Source of the DNA: Candidatus Hadarchaeota archaeon
GTDB taxonomy: Archaea > CAYQAE01 > CAYVLA01
Length of the DNA stretch: 64,000 nt
Direction: 5' to 3'
Assembly (NCBI GenBank): GCA_964621445.1
Contig: CAZUNO010000002.1
Span: forward strand, 13,640-77,639
Under the pieces are notes generated by a model. That model saw nothing but the letters and a program-made list of their open reading frames with translations. It was not told the origin of the DNA and ran no database searches. This document shows, one piece after another, positions 55,659 through 64,000 of the stretch. The position numbers and the translations under genes were made by a program. Numbering within the stretch: position 1 is the first letter of the stretch; every line of letters begins with the position of its first letter.

Positions 55659-56360
55659 TCATTTTCTACTCCAGGCAGCGTCTGGTCCCTCATCCACTAT
55701 CTTTCCATCAACTATGACCAAACCTCTCTTGCAATGCTTAAGAAAGTTGGGATCATGGCTTACCGTGATAATGGTTACCCCCAGGTCCTCGTTTACCCTT
55801 CCCAGCAGCTCGTAAACCCTTTCCGATGACCTCGAGTCCAGATTTCCGGTCGGCTCGTCCGCCAGAAGTATTTTTGGATTATTCGCCAGTGCCCGGGCTA
55901 TGGCAATTCTCTGTTGTTCCCCACCGGATAGCTGATCAGGCTTATTTAAAGCCCTCTGCTTGAGCCCGATCAACCCAAGCAATTCGCTGGATCTACTGCT
56001 CCTGGACTGGCTATCCTTACCTGATAGGACCATGGGGAATTCGATGTTTTCAACCGCGGTTAGGGTTGGTATGAGATTATATGACTGGAATACAAATCCA
56101 ATGGTGTGCAGTCTAAGATCCGATAACTCGTCATCGGAAAGCTGTGAGGTATCGCGTCCGAATATCTCTACCAGTCCCGAATTTGGTCTATCCAGACAAC
56201 CCAAAACGTTCAGAAGGGTCGTTTTTCCGGACCCGGAAGGGCCGGAGACTAACACGAAATCAGCTTCATCTACACTCAAGCTTACTTCTAGGAGCGCTTC
56301 CACCTCGATTTCGCCCGCTTTGTAGATTTTTCGCACTTTACGAGTCTCTACTGCCTTCAA
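55659..56360 (-). CDS. ABC transporter ATP-binding protein, MacB/LolD/FtsE-type
   Basis: VSGPSGSGKTTLLN (Walker A), FQSYNLIPTLTAVENI (Q-loop region), LSGGEQQRIAIARAL (signature), ILLADEPTGNLD (Walker B), TVSHD (H-loop). Confidence 0.9.
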   Translation of the reverse strand: MKAVETRKVRKIYKAGEIEVEALLEVSLSVDEADFVLVSGPSGSGKTTLLNVLGCLDRPNSGLVEIFGRDTSQLSDDELSDLRLHTIGFVFQSYNLIPTLTAVENIEFPMVLSGKDSQSRSSRSSELLGLIGLKQRALNKPDQLSGGEQQRIAIARALANNPKILLADEPTGNLDSRSSERVYELLGRVNEDLGVTIITVSHDPNFLKHCKRGLVIVDGKIVDEGPDAAWSRK

Positions 56361-56416
56361 TTTGGCCCCTCAGGGAGCTGGGAAACCCTTTAAAAGTATT
56401 CTGATAAATATTCCCC

Positions 56417-57568
56417 ATGGCCGAGGCCCAATCGATCTGGAAGATGGCCTTTAGGAACCTCTCGAATCAGAACAAGACCACTATACTAACAGTGGCGGCC
56501 ATAGCAGTCTGTGTGATGACCTTTGTCTCCATCTTCTCAATCCTCGACGGCCTCCAGTTGTCCGTTGAGAAGGTAATTAGAGGCTTCTACGGGGAGGAAG
56601 GTAGAAGTGCATATGTACTTCCCGCTTCGGATGAAATCGAACAGGGACTTATACCCCGTGCGGTGGCCGAGGAATATAGAGGACTTGATGATGTATACGG
56701 CCTTTCCGAGGAGGATGTGGTGAATTCTTACTACCAGGGAAGAGAGGTGGACCTTCTCGGAGTTAATCTGGATGACCTTGACGCCACCCACGGATTCCAG
56801 GGAATTGATGGCAGGAGCATGGAGAAGGGACCGGAATGCATGGTGGGCTCCACGGCCGCCGAAATACTTGGCATAGATGTCGACCAAGAGATATCATTGG
56901 AACTGGATGACAGCACCGTCGACCTTTTGGTTACGGGAATATACGAGGCCAAGACGTCCCTCAATGCGAATATCCTGGTGAATAACGAATTCCTTTCCTC
57001 CAGAATTCCCCGGTTTAAGGTCAATACCTCCATGCTGCGTATTAAGCTCAAGACGGGAAACCTGGAATCGGTAGCCGAATTCACCGAGGAAAACCACCCC
57101 GAACTCAGAATCAAGGAATCTGTTCAGGTGAGCAAGTTCTTCCAGAAATCCATCATAAACATCTCCCGCCTTCTCAGCACCATCATTATTTTCGTTATAC
57201 TGCTGATGGTCCTTGGTATATACAATTCAATGAACATGGTGGTTTCGGAGCGAAAAAGGGAAATTGGGATAATAAGGGCTATGGGAGCCAGGAGGTCCTT
57301 CATAGTCAAACTGTTCATGGCCGAAAGTACTATGCTTTCACTTCTAGGGGGCTTATTCGGGGTCGGGTTGGGAATAGCCATGTCGCATGGAATCACATCG
57401 ATCTTTTCCATCTTCGTTGCCGGTTCCTCATCTGTCGCTCCCCTCACCAAGCTCACCACCATTGGCTGGGCCATGTTTGCCTCCCTGTCGATAGGGCTAA
57501 TTGGAGGAATTTCCCCGGCAAGTAATGCCTCCAAGGTGGAAATCTCAAGAGCCCTCACGGAGGTGTGA
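56417..57568 (+). CDS. ABC transporter permease, FtsX/MacB-type (TM1, periplasmic-core-like domain, FtsX TM2-4)
   Basis: MAFRNLSNQNKTTILTVAAIAVCVMTF, an extracytoplasmic domain of ~210 aa, then SERKREIGIIRAMGARRSFIVKLFMAES...LIGGISPASNASKVEISRAL. Confidence 0.85.
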   Translation: MAEAQSIWKMAFRNLSNQNKTTILTVAAIAVCVMTFVSIFSILDGLQLSVEKVIRGFYGEEGRSAYVLPASDEIEQGLIPRAVAEEYRGLDDVYGLSEEDVVNSYYQGREVDLLGVNLDDLDATHGFQGIDGRSMEKGPECMVGSTAAEILGIDVDQEISLELDDSTVDLLVTGIYEAKTSLNANILVNNEFLSSRIPRFKVNTSMLRIKLKTGNLESVAEFTEENHPELRIKESVQVSKFFQKSIINISRLLSTIIIFVILLMVLGIYNSMNMVVSERKREIGIIRAMGARRSFIVKLFMAESTMLSLLGGLFGVGLGIAMSHGITSIFSIFVAGSSSVAPLTKLTTIGWAMFASLSIGLIGGISPASNASKVEISRALTEV

Positions 57569-60500
57569 ACATAGAGAGCCGTCTTCTCCATGCCATGAAG
57601 ATATTTCCTCGTCACAGAATGTGGCTATCCTTAGCCGGGATAATGGTATGCGCCATTCTCTTCTTCGGGGTGCTCTCCGTGGTTCACTGGCTTAGCTATT
57701 CCTCAACCTCCTACTTCGGAGAGCAAGAGGGCATATACGTACTGGCGCAGGAGGAGGCGGCCACCGTCAAACAATCACAAGTTCCCCTCGCCCTGGCTCC
57801 GGCACTAACCAGGATGAATGGAATCCAGGTGGTTTGCCCCGAACTCTTCATATATGGGGTGTTAAATGATAAGGCTGTCATAATCCGTGGGATATTCCCA
57901 TCGGATTTCCAATCACTTGAACCGGTCACCCTGATTCAAGGGCGGTGGCTCAGGGACGACGATATCAAGGCCGCCGTGGCTGGCCAGAATCTAGCCCGAA
58001 AACTGGATCTGAAGGTGAACGATACCTACCTGCTTTCAGGATCCGAGGTTGATGACTTCGTCAGGATCAGGATCGTGGGCATCTTCAAGGGAGGGGGAAT
58101 GATTGATGACGACCTACTCATGAACATACACTACGCCAGGTATCTCCAACAGGAAACACAACCCGGTTATGCCTCAATAATCCGGGCCAAGGTCAACACC
58201 ACCATCTGGCCCAGCGTAGAAAGCATCTGGCAATCGGTCAGCGGACTTCCCAATATAACGCCGCTCCAATATGAACCAACTGCTCCCAACAACACCCAGA
58301 GACTGCATTTCACCTGCAATGCCACAGCTCATACCGAAGTGGGCTCGGTCATACTCTACTACAAAAAGCAGGGTCTCCATCGCACAATCCAAAAGACCAT
58401 GATAAAGGGAAATTCAAGTCAGTTTAGGACCCAGATCGGCCCTGTGAAGGACTCCTCATGGGTACTTTGTTGGGCCAACGCCACTGATATTTTGGGCCAC
58501 GATCGACGGACGCCTGAGGTTAACATCTCAATAACAGATGCCCTGGGACCGGACATATTCGATCTGACAATTGAACCGCCCCCGCCCCAGACAAAGGATC
58601 ACCTGGTAAACGTCTCCTTCAAGGTATTCGATACAAGCGAAATGGTCAGGAACGTAACCGTCCACACATATAATGTTGGACTTAATCGTACATTCCACGG
58701 AAAGGACTCCACGGGGCGGGCTTACGAGCTAACCCTGGGAAGGTTTGAACCGGGACCATTGACCCTTTGGATATCCGCCCGGGATAGATTCGGCAATCTG
58801 GCACGAACGGCTCGATACAGGTACAGGATCCTCAATAGGACCGATCAATCCCCTCCCGAAATAGGTGAGATGGTATTCGAGCCTGACCCCCCGAATGACA
58901 ACTCCACCCTGACCGTGAACGTTCCAATGTTCGATGACTCAGAGATCGTTACCGCCGACCTTATCTATGACTATCAGGTCAAGGGCATTCACTACAATGG
59001 GACCCTTAAGATGAATAGAAGCCAGGCCCAGGAGGGCCTTTGGGAAGCGGTAACCGGTTCCTTTCCGGGTGCCACAACGATTCATTTCAGGATATTCGCC
59101 AGGGACCAATTCGGGAACGCCGTATACTCGGAGACCAGGGATGTATTCGTGAGATACTCGGAGCCACCGGAGGAGCTCCAGGTCTACAGATTCCCCCAAT
59201 ATTCCACTCCCGGCCTCAATAATCTGGTATTCGCCGTTCTCTACGACGCGGCGGAGATCCAGGAGGTCAACTTCACCTTCGTGGAAGCGGGTAGATGGAC
59301 CAACCTCTCCATACCCGTGGGGATAACTACCTTTAGGGAACCCTTTCTCCTGGGGCGCCTATCAACCGGGTTCAAGGAATATAATCTCTCCATGGAGGAC
59401 AGGCGGGAAGAGGTGACCAGATATCCAGGACAGGGACTGGAAGGGTTCCTTGTTCAGCGAAAAAGACCCCACATAGAGGATATACAGTATTCCTCGACTG
59501 TAAGGAAGGGCTTTCCCCTAATGGTGACCTTCAGGGCAGTCGGCGTCTTCCCACTAAGCGAGGTATATACCACCGACTCCAGAGGGGTAGTGGAAAAATG
59601 CGAAAGGATTGAGGGTGAATATACCGCGATCCTGGGTCCATACTCCAAGCCGGGTGACTACTCCTTCAGTATAACTACCCAGGACTGGGCGGGCAATACA
59701 CGGACCATTGAAGACCGGGAATTCACCGTAGAGGAGGAATCGATAACCGATATCGACTTCACGCCAAAACCGCCCATTCTGGGAGAGGAGCTAACCGTGA
59801 CCTGTAGGGTGATCGGGGACTCTCCCCGCAAGAAGGTCCGGCTCATAGCACCTGTGGGCGGCAAGTACGTGTTGACTCCAATGGAATTGGAGGAGGGGAG
59901 GAGATTCGCGTCCATACCCATCGATAGCCCTGGTATTCTACCCTTCTCGGTACAGGTCGAGGATGGAGAGGATCTGATACGCTCAAAAACCGTACGGCTT
60001 AACGTCGGTTCCAACCACTCATCATTGTACCTGGCTCACAGCCCACCCCATCCTCTGAGTACCCAGAATATAACAATCTCCATCTTTGCCAGGTCGGGTC
60101 ATAACCTGAAATCGCTGGAACTGGAATGGAAAAATGGATCCCACGAGATTCCACATCGCAAGGTCTGGAGGCTAGAGGGGACGGAAACGAGATTAGACTT
60201 CAAACCGGGAAGGCAAATAGAGGGGACCCTTCTTTACAGGGCAATTCTTACCACTGAAATGGGTAGCCTTACCTATCCCCTGACGGAGGACGAGTGGCTC
60301 GGGATCTCCATCACCAAAAACCTGTTTACCCCCCCGGAAATTGGAAGATTATCCCTATCCCCCCAGACTTACGTGGGACTGGATGGGAACAGGGGACAGG
60401 ATTTCCTTGTTGAGGTCGGTTGCCCAATTTCCTTTGACCAGGGTATATCCTCGGTTGAGATAGATTACGTGGTAGACCAGAGAACCTATAACGAGCCACT

Positions 60501-63500
60501 CCTACCGGTTTCCCGGAAATACGGGCTCTCCTCAAGGTTTTATTCAGCCTATCTCGGTCCCTTCCCCACCAACGAGACCATAAGTTGTCAGGTCACTGCC
60601 AGAAGCATCTCGGGATTGGAATCCTCCACCCCGGAGGTGAGCTATGTCCTCCGGGATACGGAACCTCCGGAGATACAGGATATATATCACGACCCCCTAC
60701 ACCCTGAACCCAAAAAGGAAATAACCATTGGGTGCGAGGTAACCGATGACTCGGGTGTCAAGGACGTTTTGCTGCTGTACGGCGGCAATGGCACCCAAAA
60801 TGCAGAGCGCATGATGCGGTACGGAAATACCTACACTCTGGACCTTCTCTCCCCGCCCGCGGGCGAATCCCTCACCTATGCAATACAGGCCACGGATAAC
60901 TACGGCAACAGCAACCAGTCCTTGCCGGGTACCGTTACCTCTAGGGACGAAACCCCACCCGATATATGGGAGGTCACCCATGACCCGCTGGAACCAACGG
61001 ATAATGACAGCGTCAACATAACCGTCCGACTCATCGATCGGCAGGATGAAATCGAAAACGTGACCCTACTCTGGTACCAGTACACCTGGAAGAACCAGAC
61101 CAAGAAGGGGGGCAGCGGGTACATTACCAGGGTATTCCAGATCGATGCCTCTGAGTTTGACCCGGGAATGAACGTACGGTACAAGATCGAGGCCTTTGAC
61201 CGTTCGGGAAACAAGGCGGTCTACCCCAACGTAGAGCAGGGAGAAACGCCTCCTTCTCCACTTCTCTATGGCGATAATCCTAATTCCCTGAGACAGGAAG
61301 CATGGGAACCCTATCTCACCTTCCGGGTTGTCGACAGATCCCCTCCCGTTCTCACCCTTGATGCCCAGCCCGAAAGTCCAAATGAACTTGAAACCGTTAC
61401 CTTCGAGGTGTCAGCGGAGGACAATCACCTTCTCAGGAACTACACGCTTCACCTATGGGTGTCAGGGGTTTACAGGCCTTTCAGCGAGCAGGTAGGTCGT
61501 CCTAGCTTCAGGGACGAGTTCTCCTCCGGTCCCCTAGAACCGGCATCCACCATAGTTTGCTATCTTGAGGCATACGACAGGTCCGGTAATTATGCCCGGT
61601 TTCCGGCTCGCTCCAACCTTACCATAGATGTGGAGAGGTTCGAATGGGGAGGCGAGATGGCCGCCGTCGATCCCAGGGTTGACCTTGAAGTCGCCGGCCC
61701 GGCCGGTTTTTCTCAGGGAATGGCCAGACAGGGAGCGGGAAAGATAATCGCCAGCATAAATGGCATCCTTTTCATGACCTTTCTGGCCACCGTGGCCGGC
61801 ATCGGCAATATAGTCTACACCTCGGTTTTCAAATCGAAGAGGGAAATAGGCCTGGTCCGAACATTAGGGGGGAGCAAGAAATTCGTCACCCTTCTGGTGG
61901 CCTCGGTTACCGTCCTGCTGGGCCTGACCGCTGCCTTGATCGGGTGTGTAATTGCCTACCTGCTGATAACGGTGTTTTCTAACCTAGGAGCCTCCCTTGC
62001 CTGGGTCACCTTGAAGCCCACATTCAATATCCTTATTCTGGCAGCGACTTCAGCGGCCGCGGTGACCATTAGCCTCTTCGGTGGAATGGTAGCCCTTACC
62101 AGGCTTTTTTCATATACCCCTGTGGAATCGATAAGGACGGTGACCGCGCCCCAAGCGAAGAGGGAGCATCCAACCTACATCGAGAATACAAGGCGTTTCC
62201 CCGCAAAGACCATCGCCGTTTTACTCCTCATCACCATTAGTGCCGCTGCCATGATGCGCCTATATCCTACATATATCTCCGAGCAGCCCTTCGATCCCGA
62301 TTCCTGGTTGCACCTAACCGCTGCATCCGATATGCGGGAGACCGGCCATCTGAGACTCGATTACGCTTCCCGGGAAATGCAGGCGGTCAGCGCCCTCCCT
62401 GGCCTCAACATCCTGCTGGTCGTATCCCAGGTATTGACCGGGAGCGAGATGATCCCAGCGAGGATCATAACCCCCATCATATCATCACTTGGCTTGATCC
62501 TGGCCTTTGTACTGGCCAGGAAACTCTCCAGGAGCGATATCGTGGCAGGAATGACCGCGATCATACTGGCAGTGGTTGGCTTTTATGCCAACCGAACGGC
62601 AGCGCTTACCAAGGAGGCCCTCGCACTCCAGATGCTCCTACTCTGCCTCTACATGTTATACCTAAGCCACATCTCCAGAAGCACCAAGCACAAGACTCTG
62701 CTAGTTGCCATTTCCGTTGCCCTGATGCTGACCCATCACCTAACGGCCATCTATTTCATGCTGATTTTTGTGGGATACATCTTTCTGAGAATCTTCCACA
62801 AGTATTCCCAGGGTGTCATCGACCCCCTGGAGGTCAAGCAGGATGCCCTAACCGGTCTTGGGGTCCTAACCAGCTATCTTATCATCAGCTTCACCCTGGG
62901 CAAGTACGAAACTCCGATACCATTCCAGGACTCCCTTCTGATAATATCCCTGTTCTTCGTGACCATCGGATTCGGAAGAATTTTGCTTTCGTCATCATTC
63001 TTGGGCCAGCACCGGAGATCTATATCCCTGGTCGCAGCCCTGGGTACGGTTACCTTCCCCTTCATCGCCTACCGCGCCGGGCTCTTCTCCTACGCACCAT
63101 GGGAACAGGTCCTCCCCATGATAGCCCCCCACTTGTCCCTTCTGGCCATAGCGATCCTGGCCCTGTTCCCGGTCTCCCTGCTCTCAGAAAATCGAAAGTC
63201 CTTCATCTTGGCCTGGGCCTCTGCCGTGATTCCCTTCCTATTATTTGGACTTGTCAAAAGGGATATCTTCGGCTACATACTGCTCTTCAGGAACATCTCA
63301 TACGGTTATCAACTATCGGCCATATTGGTAGGCATCGCCTTCGTCTATGCCTACAAGCGTTTCGAGGCCGGAGGTCAGGATGGAATCCGCACCGGGCTGG
63401 TTGCCATAGCCGCGGTGCTCCTCATGACCAACCTTCTATTCGCCTCCCACATGGGTTTTCTGTCCCGCCCTTATGAGAAGAAGGACCTATACACGACCAC

Positions 63501-63861
63501 GGAGTTCAACGCGGCCTTGAAGGTGAACCAATCAACCCTAAGAGGTCAGCTGGTAGGGTCGGACGAACGTGGTCGCCGGCTTCTATTGTACGTAACTGGG
63601 GAGGATGGAGACCAGATCACGACCTACGTCTATATGATCAGGATGGAAAAATGGTTAATAAACAGGCTTAACGAACAGGTCAACTTGACCGAGAAGCCGC
63701 TGACCCATATCCTCACCTATGACGAGATGTTTGAGGTCGGTTTCGTGGATCAGGTACTGTTCAAGGATGTGGAAAGGCTAGAGCTCAATCGATATGAGGA
63801 CGTCATTCTGGACAACGGCGGTGAACACCTCATTTACGTGGCCAGGAAGGAATGGCCGTAG
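57565..63861 (+). CDS. Giant (2098 aa) fusion protein: an FtsX/MacB-type permease interrupted by ~11 Ig-like repeats and fused at the C-terminus to a 13-14-TM GT-C-like (ArnT/PMT-like) glycosyltransferase domain
   Basis: It is one continuous ORF, and its GTG start overlaps the upstream stop (GTGTGA). The N-terminus is TM1 plus a MacB_PCD-like domain (IIRGIFPSDF...AVAGQNLARKLDLKVNDTY...IVGIFKGGG). Nt ~58200-61640 hold ~100-aa repeats. Nt ~61740-62140 hold the FtsX TM2-4 (SKREIGLVRTLGGSKKFVTLLVAS...). From nt ~62200 there is a polytopic domain whose first external loop is EQPFDPDSWLH. Confidence 0.85.
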   Translation: MNIESRLLHAMKIFPRHRMWLSLAGIMVCAILFFGVLSVVHWLSYSSTSYFGEQEGIYVLAQEEAATVKQSQVPLALAPALTRMNGIQVVCPELFIYGVLNDKAVIIRGIFPSDFQSLEPVTLIQGRWLRDDDIKAAVAGQNLARKLDLKVNDTYLLSGSEVDDFVRIRIVGIFKGGGMIDDDLLMNIHYARYLQQETQPGYASIIRAKVNTTIWPSVESIWQSVSGLPNITPLQYEPTAPNNTQRLHFTCNATAHTEVGSVILYYKKQGLHRTIQKTMIKGNSSQFRTQIGPVKDSSWVLCWANATDILGHDRRTPEVNISITDALGPDIFDLTIEPPPPQTKDHLVNVSFKVFDTSEMVRNVTVHTYNVGLNRTFHGKDSTGRAYELTLGRFEPGPLTLWISARDRFGNLARTARYRYRILNRTDQSPPEIGEMVFEPDPPNDNSTLTVNVPMFDDSEIVTADLIYDYQVKGIHYNGTLKMNRSQAQEGLWEAVTGSFPGATTIHFRIFARDQFGNAVYSETRDVFVRYSEPPEELQVYRFPQYSTPGLNNLVFAVLYDAAEIQEVNFTFVEAGRWTNLSIPVGITTFREPFLLGRLSTGFKEYNLSMEDRREEVTRYPGQGLEGFLVQRKRPHIEDIQYSSTVRKGFPLMVTFRAVGVFPLSEVYTTDSRGVVEKCERIEGEYTAILGPYSKPGDYSFSITTQDWAGNTRTIEDREFTVEEESITDIDFTPKPPILGEELTVTCRVIGDSPRKKVRLIAPVGGKYVLTPMELEEGRRFASIPIDSPGILPFSVQVEDGEDLIRSKTVRLNVGSNHSSLYLAHSPPHPLSTQNITISIFARSGHNLKSLELEWKNGSHEIPHRKVWRLEGTETRLDFKPGRQIEGTLLYRAILTTEMGSLTYPLTEDEWLGISITKNLFTPPEIGRLSLSPQTYVGLDGNRGQDFLVEVGCPISFDQGISSVEIDYVVDQRTYNEPLLPVSRKYGLSSRFYSAYLGPFPTNETISCQVTARSISGLESSTPEVSYVLRDTEPPEIQDIYHDPLHPEPKKEITIGCEVTDDSGVKDVLLLYGGNGTQNAERMMRYGNTYTLDLLSPPAGESLTYAIQATDNYGNSNQSLPGTVTSRDETPPDIWEVTHDPLEPTDNDSVNITVRLIDRQDEIENVTLLWYQYTWKNQTKKGGSGYITRVFQIDASEFDPGMNVRYKIEAFDRSGNKAVYPNVEQGETPPSPLLYGDNPNSLRQEAWEPYLTFRVVDRSPPVLTLDAQPESPNELETVTFEVSAEDNHLLRNYTLHLWVSGVYRPFSEQVGRPSFRDEFSSGPLEPASTIVCYLEAYDRSGNYARFPARSNLTIDVERFEWGGEMAAVDPRVDLEVAGPAGFSQGMARQGAGKIIASINGILFMTFLATVAGIGNIVYTSVFKSKREIGLVRTLGGSKKFVTLLVASVTVLLGLTAALIGCVIAYLLITVFSNLGASLAWVTLKPTFNILILAATSAAAVTISLFGGMVALTRLFSYTPVESIRTVTAPQAKREHPTYIENTRRFPAKTIAVLLLITISAAAMMRLYPTYISEQPFDPDSWLHLTAASDMRETGHLRLDYASREMQAVSALPGLNILLVVSQVLTGSEMIPARIITPIISSLGLILAFVLARKLSRSDIVAGMTAIILAVVGFYANRTAALTKEALALQMLLLCLYMLYLSHISRSTKHKTLLVAISVALMLTHHLTAIYFMLIFVGYIFLRIFHKYSQGVIDPLEVKQDALTGLGVLTSYLIISFTLGKYETPIPFQDSLLIISLFFVTIGFGRILLSSSFLGQHRRSISLVAALGTVTFPFIAYRAGLFSYAPWEQVLPMIAPHLSLLAIAILALFPVSLLSENRKSFILAWASAVIPFLLFGLVKRDIFGYILLFRNISYGYQLSAILVGIAFVYAYKRFEAGGQDGIRTGLVAIAAVLLMTNLLFASHMGFLSRPYEKKDLYTTTEFNAALKVNQSTLRGQLVGSDERGRRLLLYVTGEDGDQITTYVYMIRMEKWLINRLNEQVNLTEKPLTHILTYDEMFEVGFVDQVLFKDVERLELNRYEDVILDNGGEHLIYVARKEWP

Positions 63862-64000
63862 GTGCTTGTCTTGGAGAGATCTTTGGCCATCAGAGTAGAC
63901 ATCGACACCATCAAGGGGCTCTTGGATGGGGTCCCCATTCTACTGGACATGTTCGACGACCTGGGAATCCAGGCCACGTTTTTCGGCTGTGTGGGGCCGG
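63862..64000 (+). CDS. ArnD-like polysaccharide deacetylase/deformylase; only the N-terminal 46 codons are present and the gene runs off the window end
   Basis: Manual translation from GTG 63862: (V)LVLERSLAIRVDIDTIKGLLDGVPILLDMFDDLGIQATFFGCVGP. It is strikingly colinear with the N-terminus of E. coli ArnD as I remember it ([38 protein letters not shown]). Confidence 0.6.
   Translation, partial: MLVLERSLAIRVDIDTIKGLLDGVPILLDMFDDLGIQATFFGCVGP

Noticed and set aside
1-64000. Looked for CRISPR arrays, IS elements/transposases, integrases, prophage genes and rRNA
   Set aside because: I saw no regularly spaced direct repeats and no DDE, tyrosine- or serine-recombinase motifs. I saw no terminal inverted repeats flanking a gene and no rRNA-like conserved stretches. 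Only one tRNA-like locus was found.
1-64000. Looked for a sulfatase maturase (anSME radical-SAM CxxxCxxC protein, or FGE) next to the three sulfatases
   Set aside because: No ORF carries a radical-SAM cysteine triad or FGE-like motifs. The Cys-rich proteins present are of the DUF116, YkgJ and zinc-ribbon types. This absence is noted in the island finding rather than treated as a feature.

Overview
This is an archaeal chromosomal segment. The evidence is RadA, a five-OB-fold RPA, an archaeal/eukaryotic-type IleS, a BRE/TATA-type promoter, and an over-long tRNA gene that probably contains introns. I support about 53 protein-coding genes or gene remnants and one tRNA. I found no rRNA, CRISPR array, transposase or integrase.

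The content falls into three themes.

(1) Two blocks (1-20.4 kb and 26.4-39.6 kb) are packed with families typical of bacterial sulfated-glycan degraders. They hold three sulfatase-fold proteins, two DUF4838 proteins, a DUF3604/PHP-like hydrolase, a BNR/sialidase-like protein, a beta-helix protein, a NodB-like esterase, two xylose-isomerase-like TIM barrels, a Gfo/Idh/MocA oxidoreductase, a URO-D-like protein and GATase1-like membrane proteins. No sulfatase maturase is present in the window.

(2) Housekeeping genes are interspersed: malic enzyme, HIT, an Upf1-like helicase, ileS, gatA, an rpa-radA operon, and hisA-hisB.

(3) The most unusual locus is at 54.9-64.0 kb. A GT2 gene and a MacB/LolD-type ABC ATPase are transcribed divergently from a normal FtsX permease and a 2098-aa ORF. 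In that ORF an FtsX permease is split by an insert of about 1150 aa made of Ig-like repeats, and it is fused at the C-terminus to a 13-14-TM GT-C-like (ArnT/PMT-like) domain. An ArnD-like deacetylase gene follows immediately.

Other oddities:
- a decayed beta-lactamase-fold gene containing a C14 homopolymer
- a sulfatase homologue with Thr in place of the formylglycine Cys
- tandem PRC-barrel paralogues, one frameshifted, that share a 65-nt identical tract
- an 0.83-kb AT-rich gap with no assignable gene

All functional calls come from motif recognition by eye. No database search was run.
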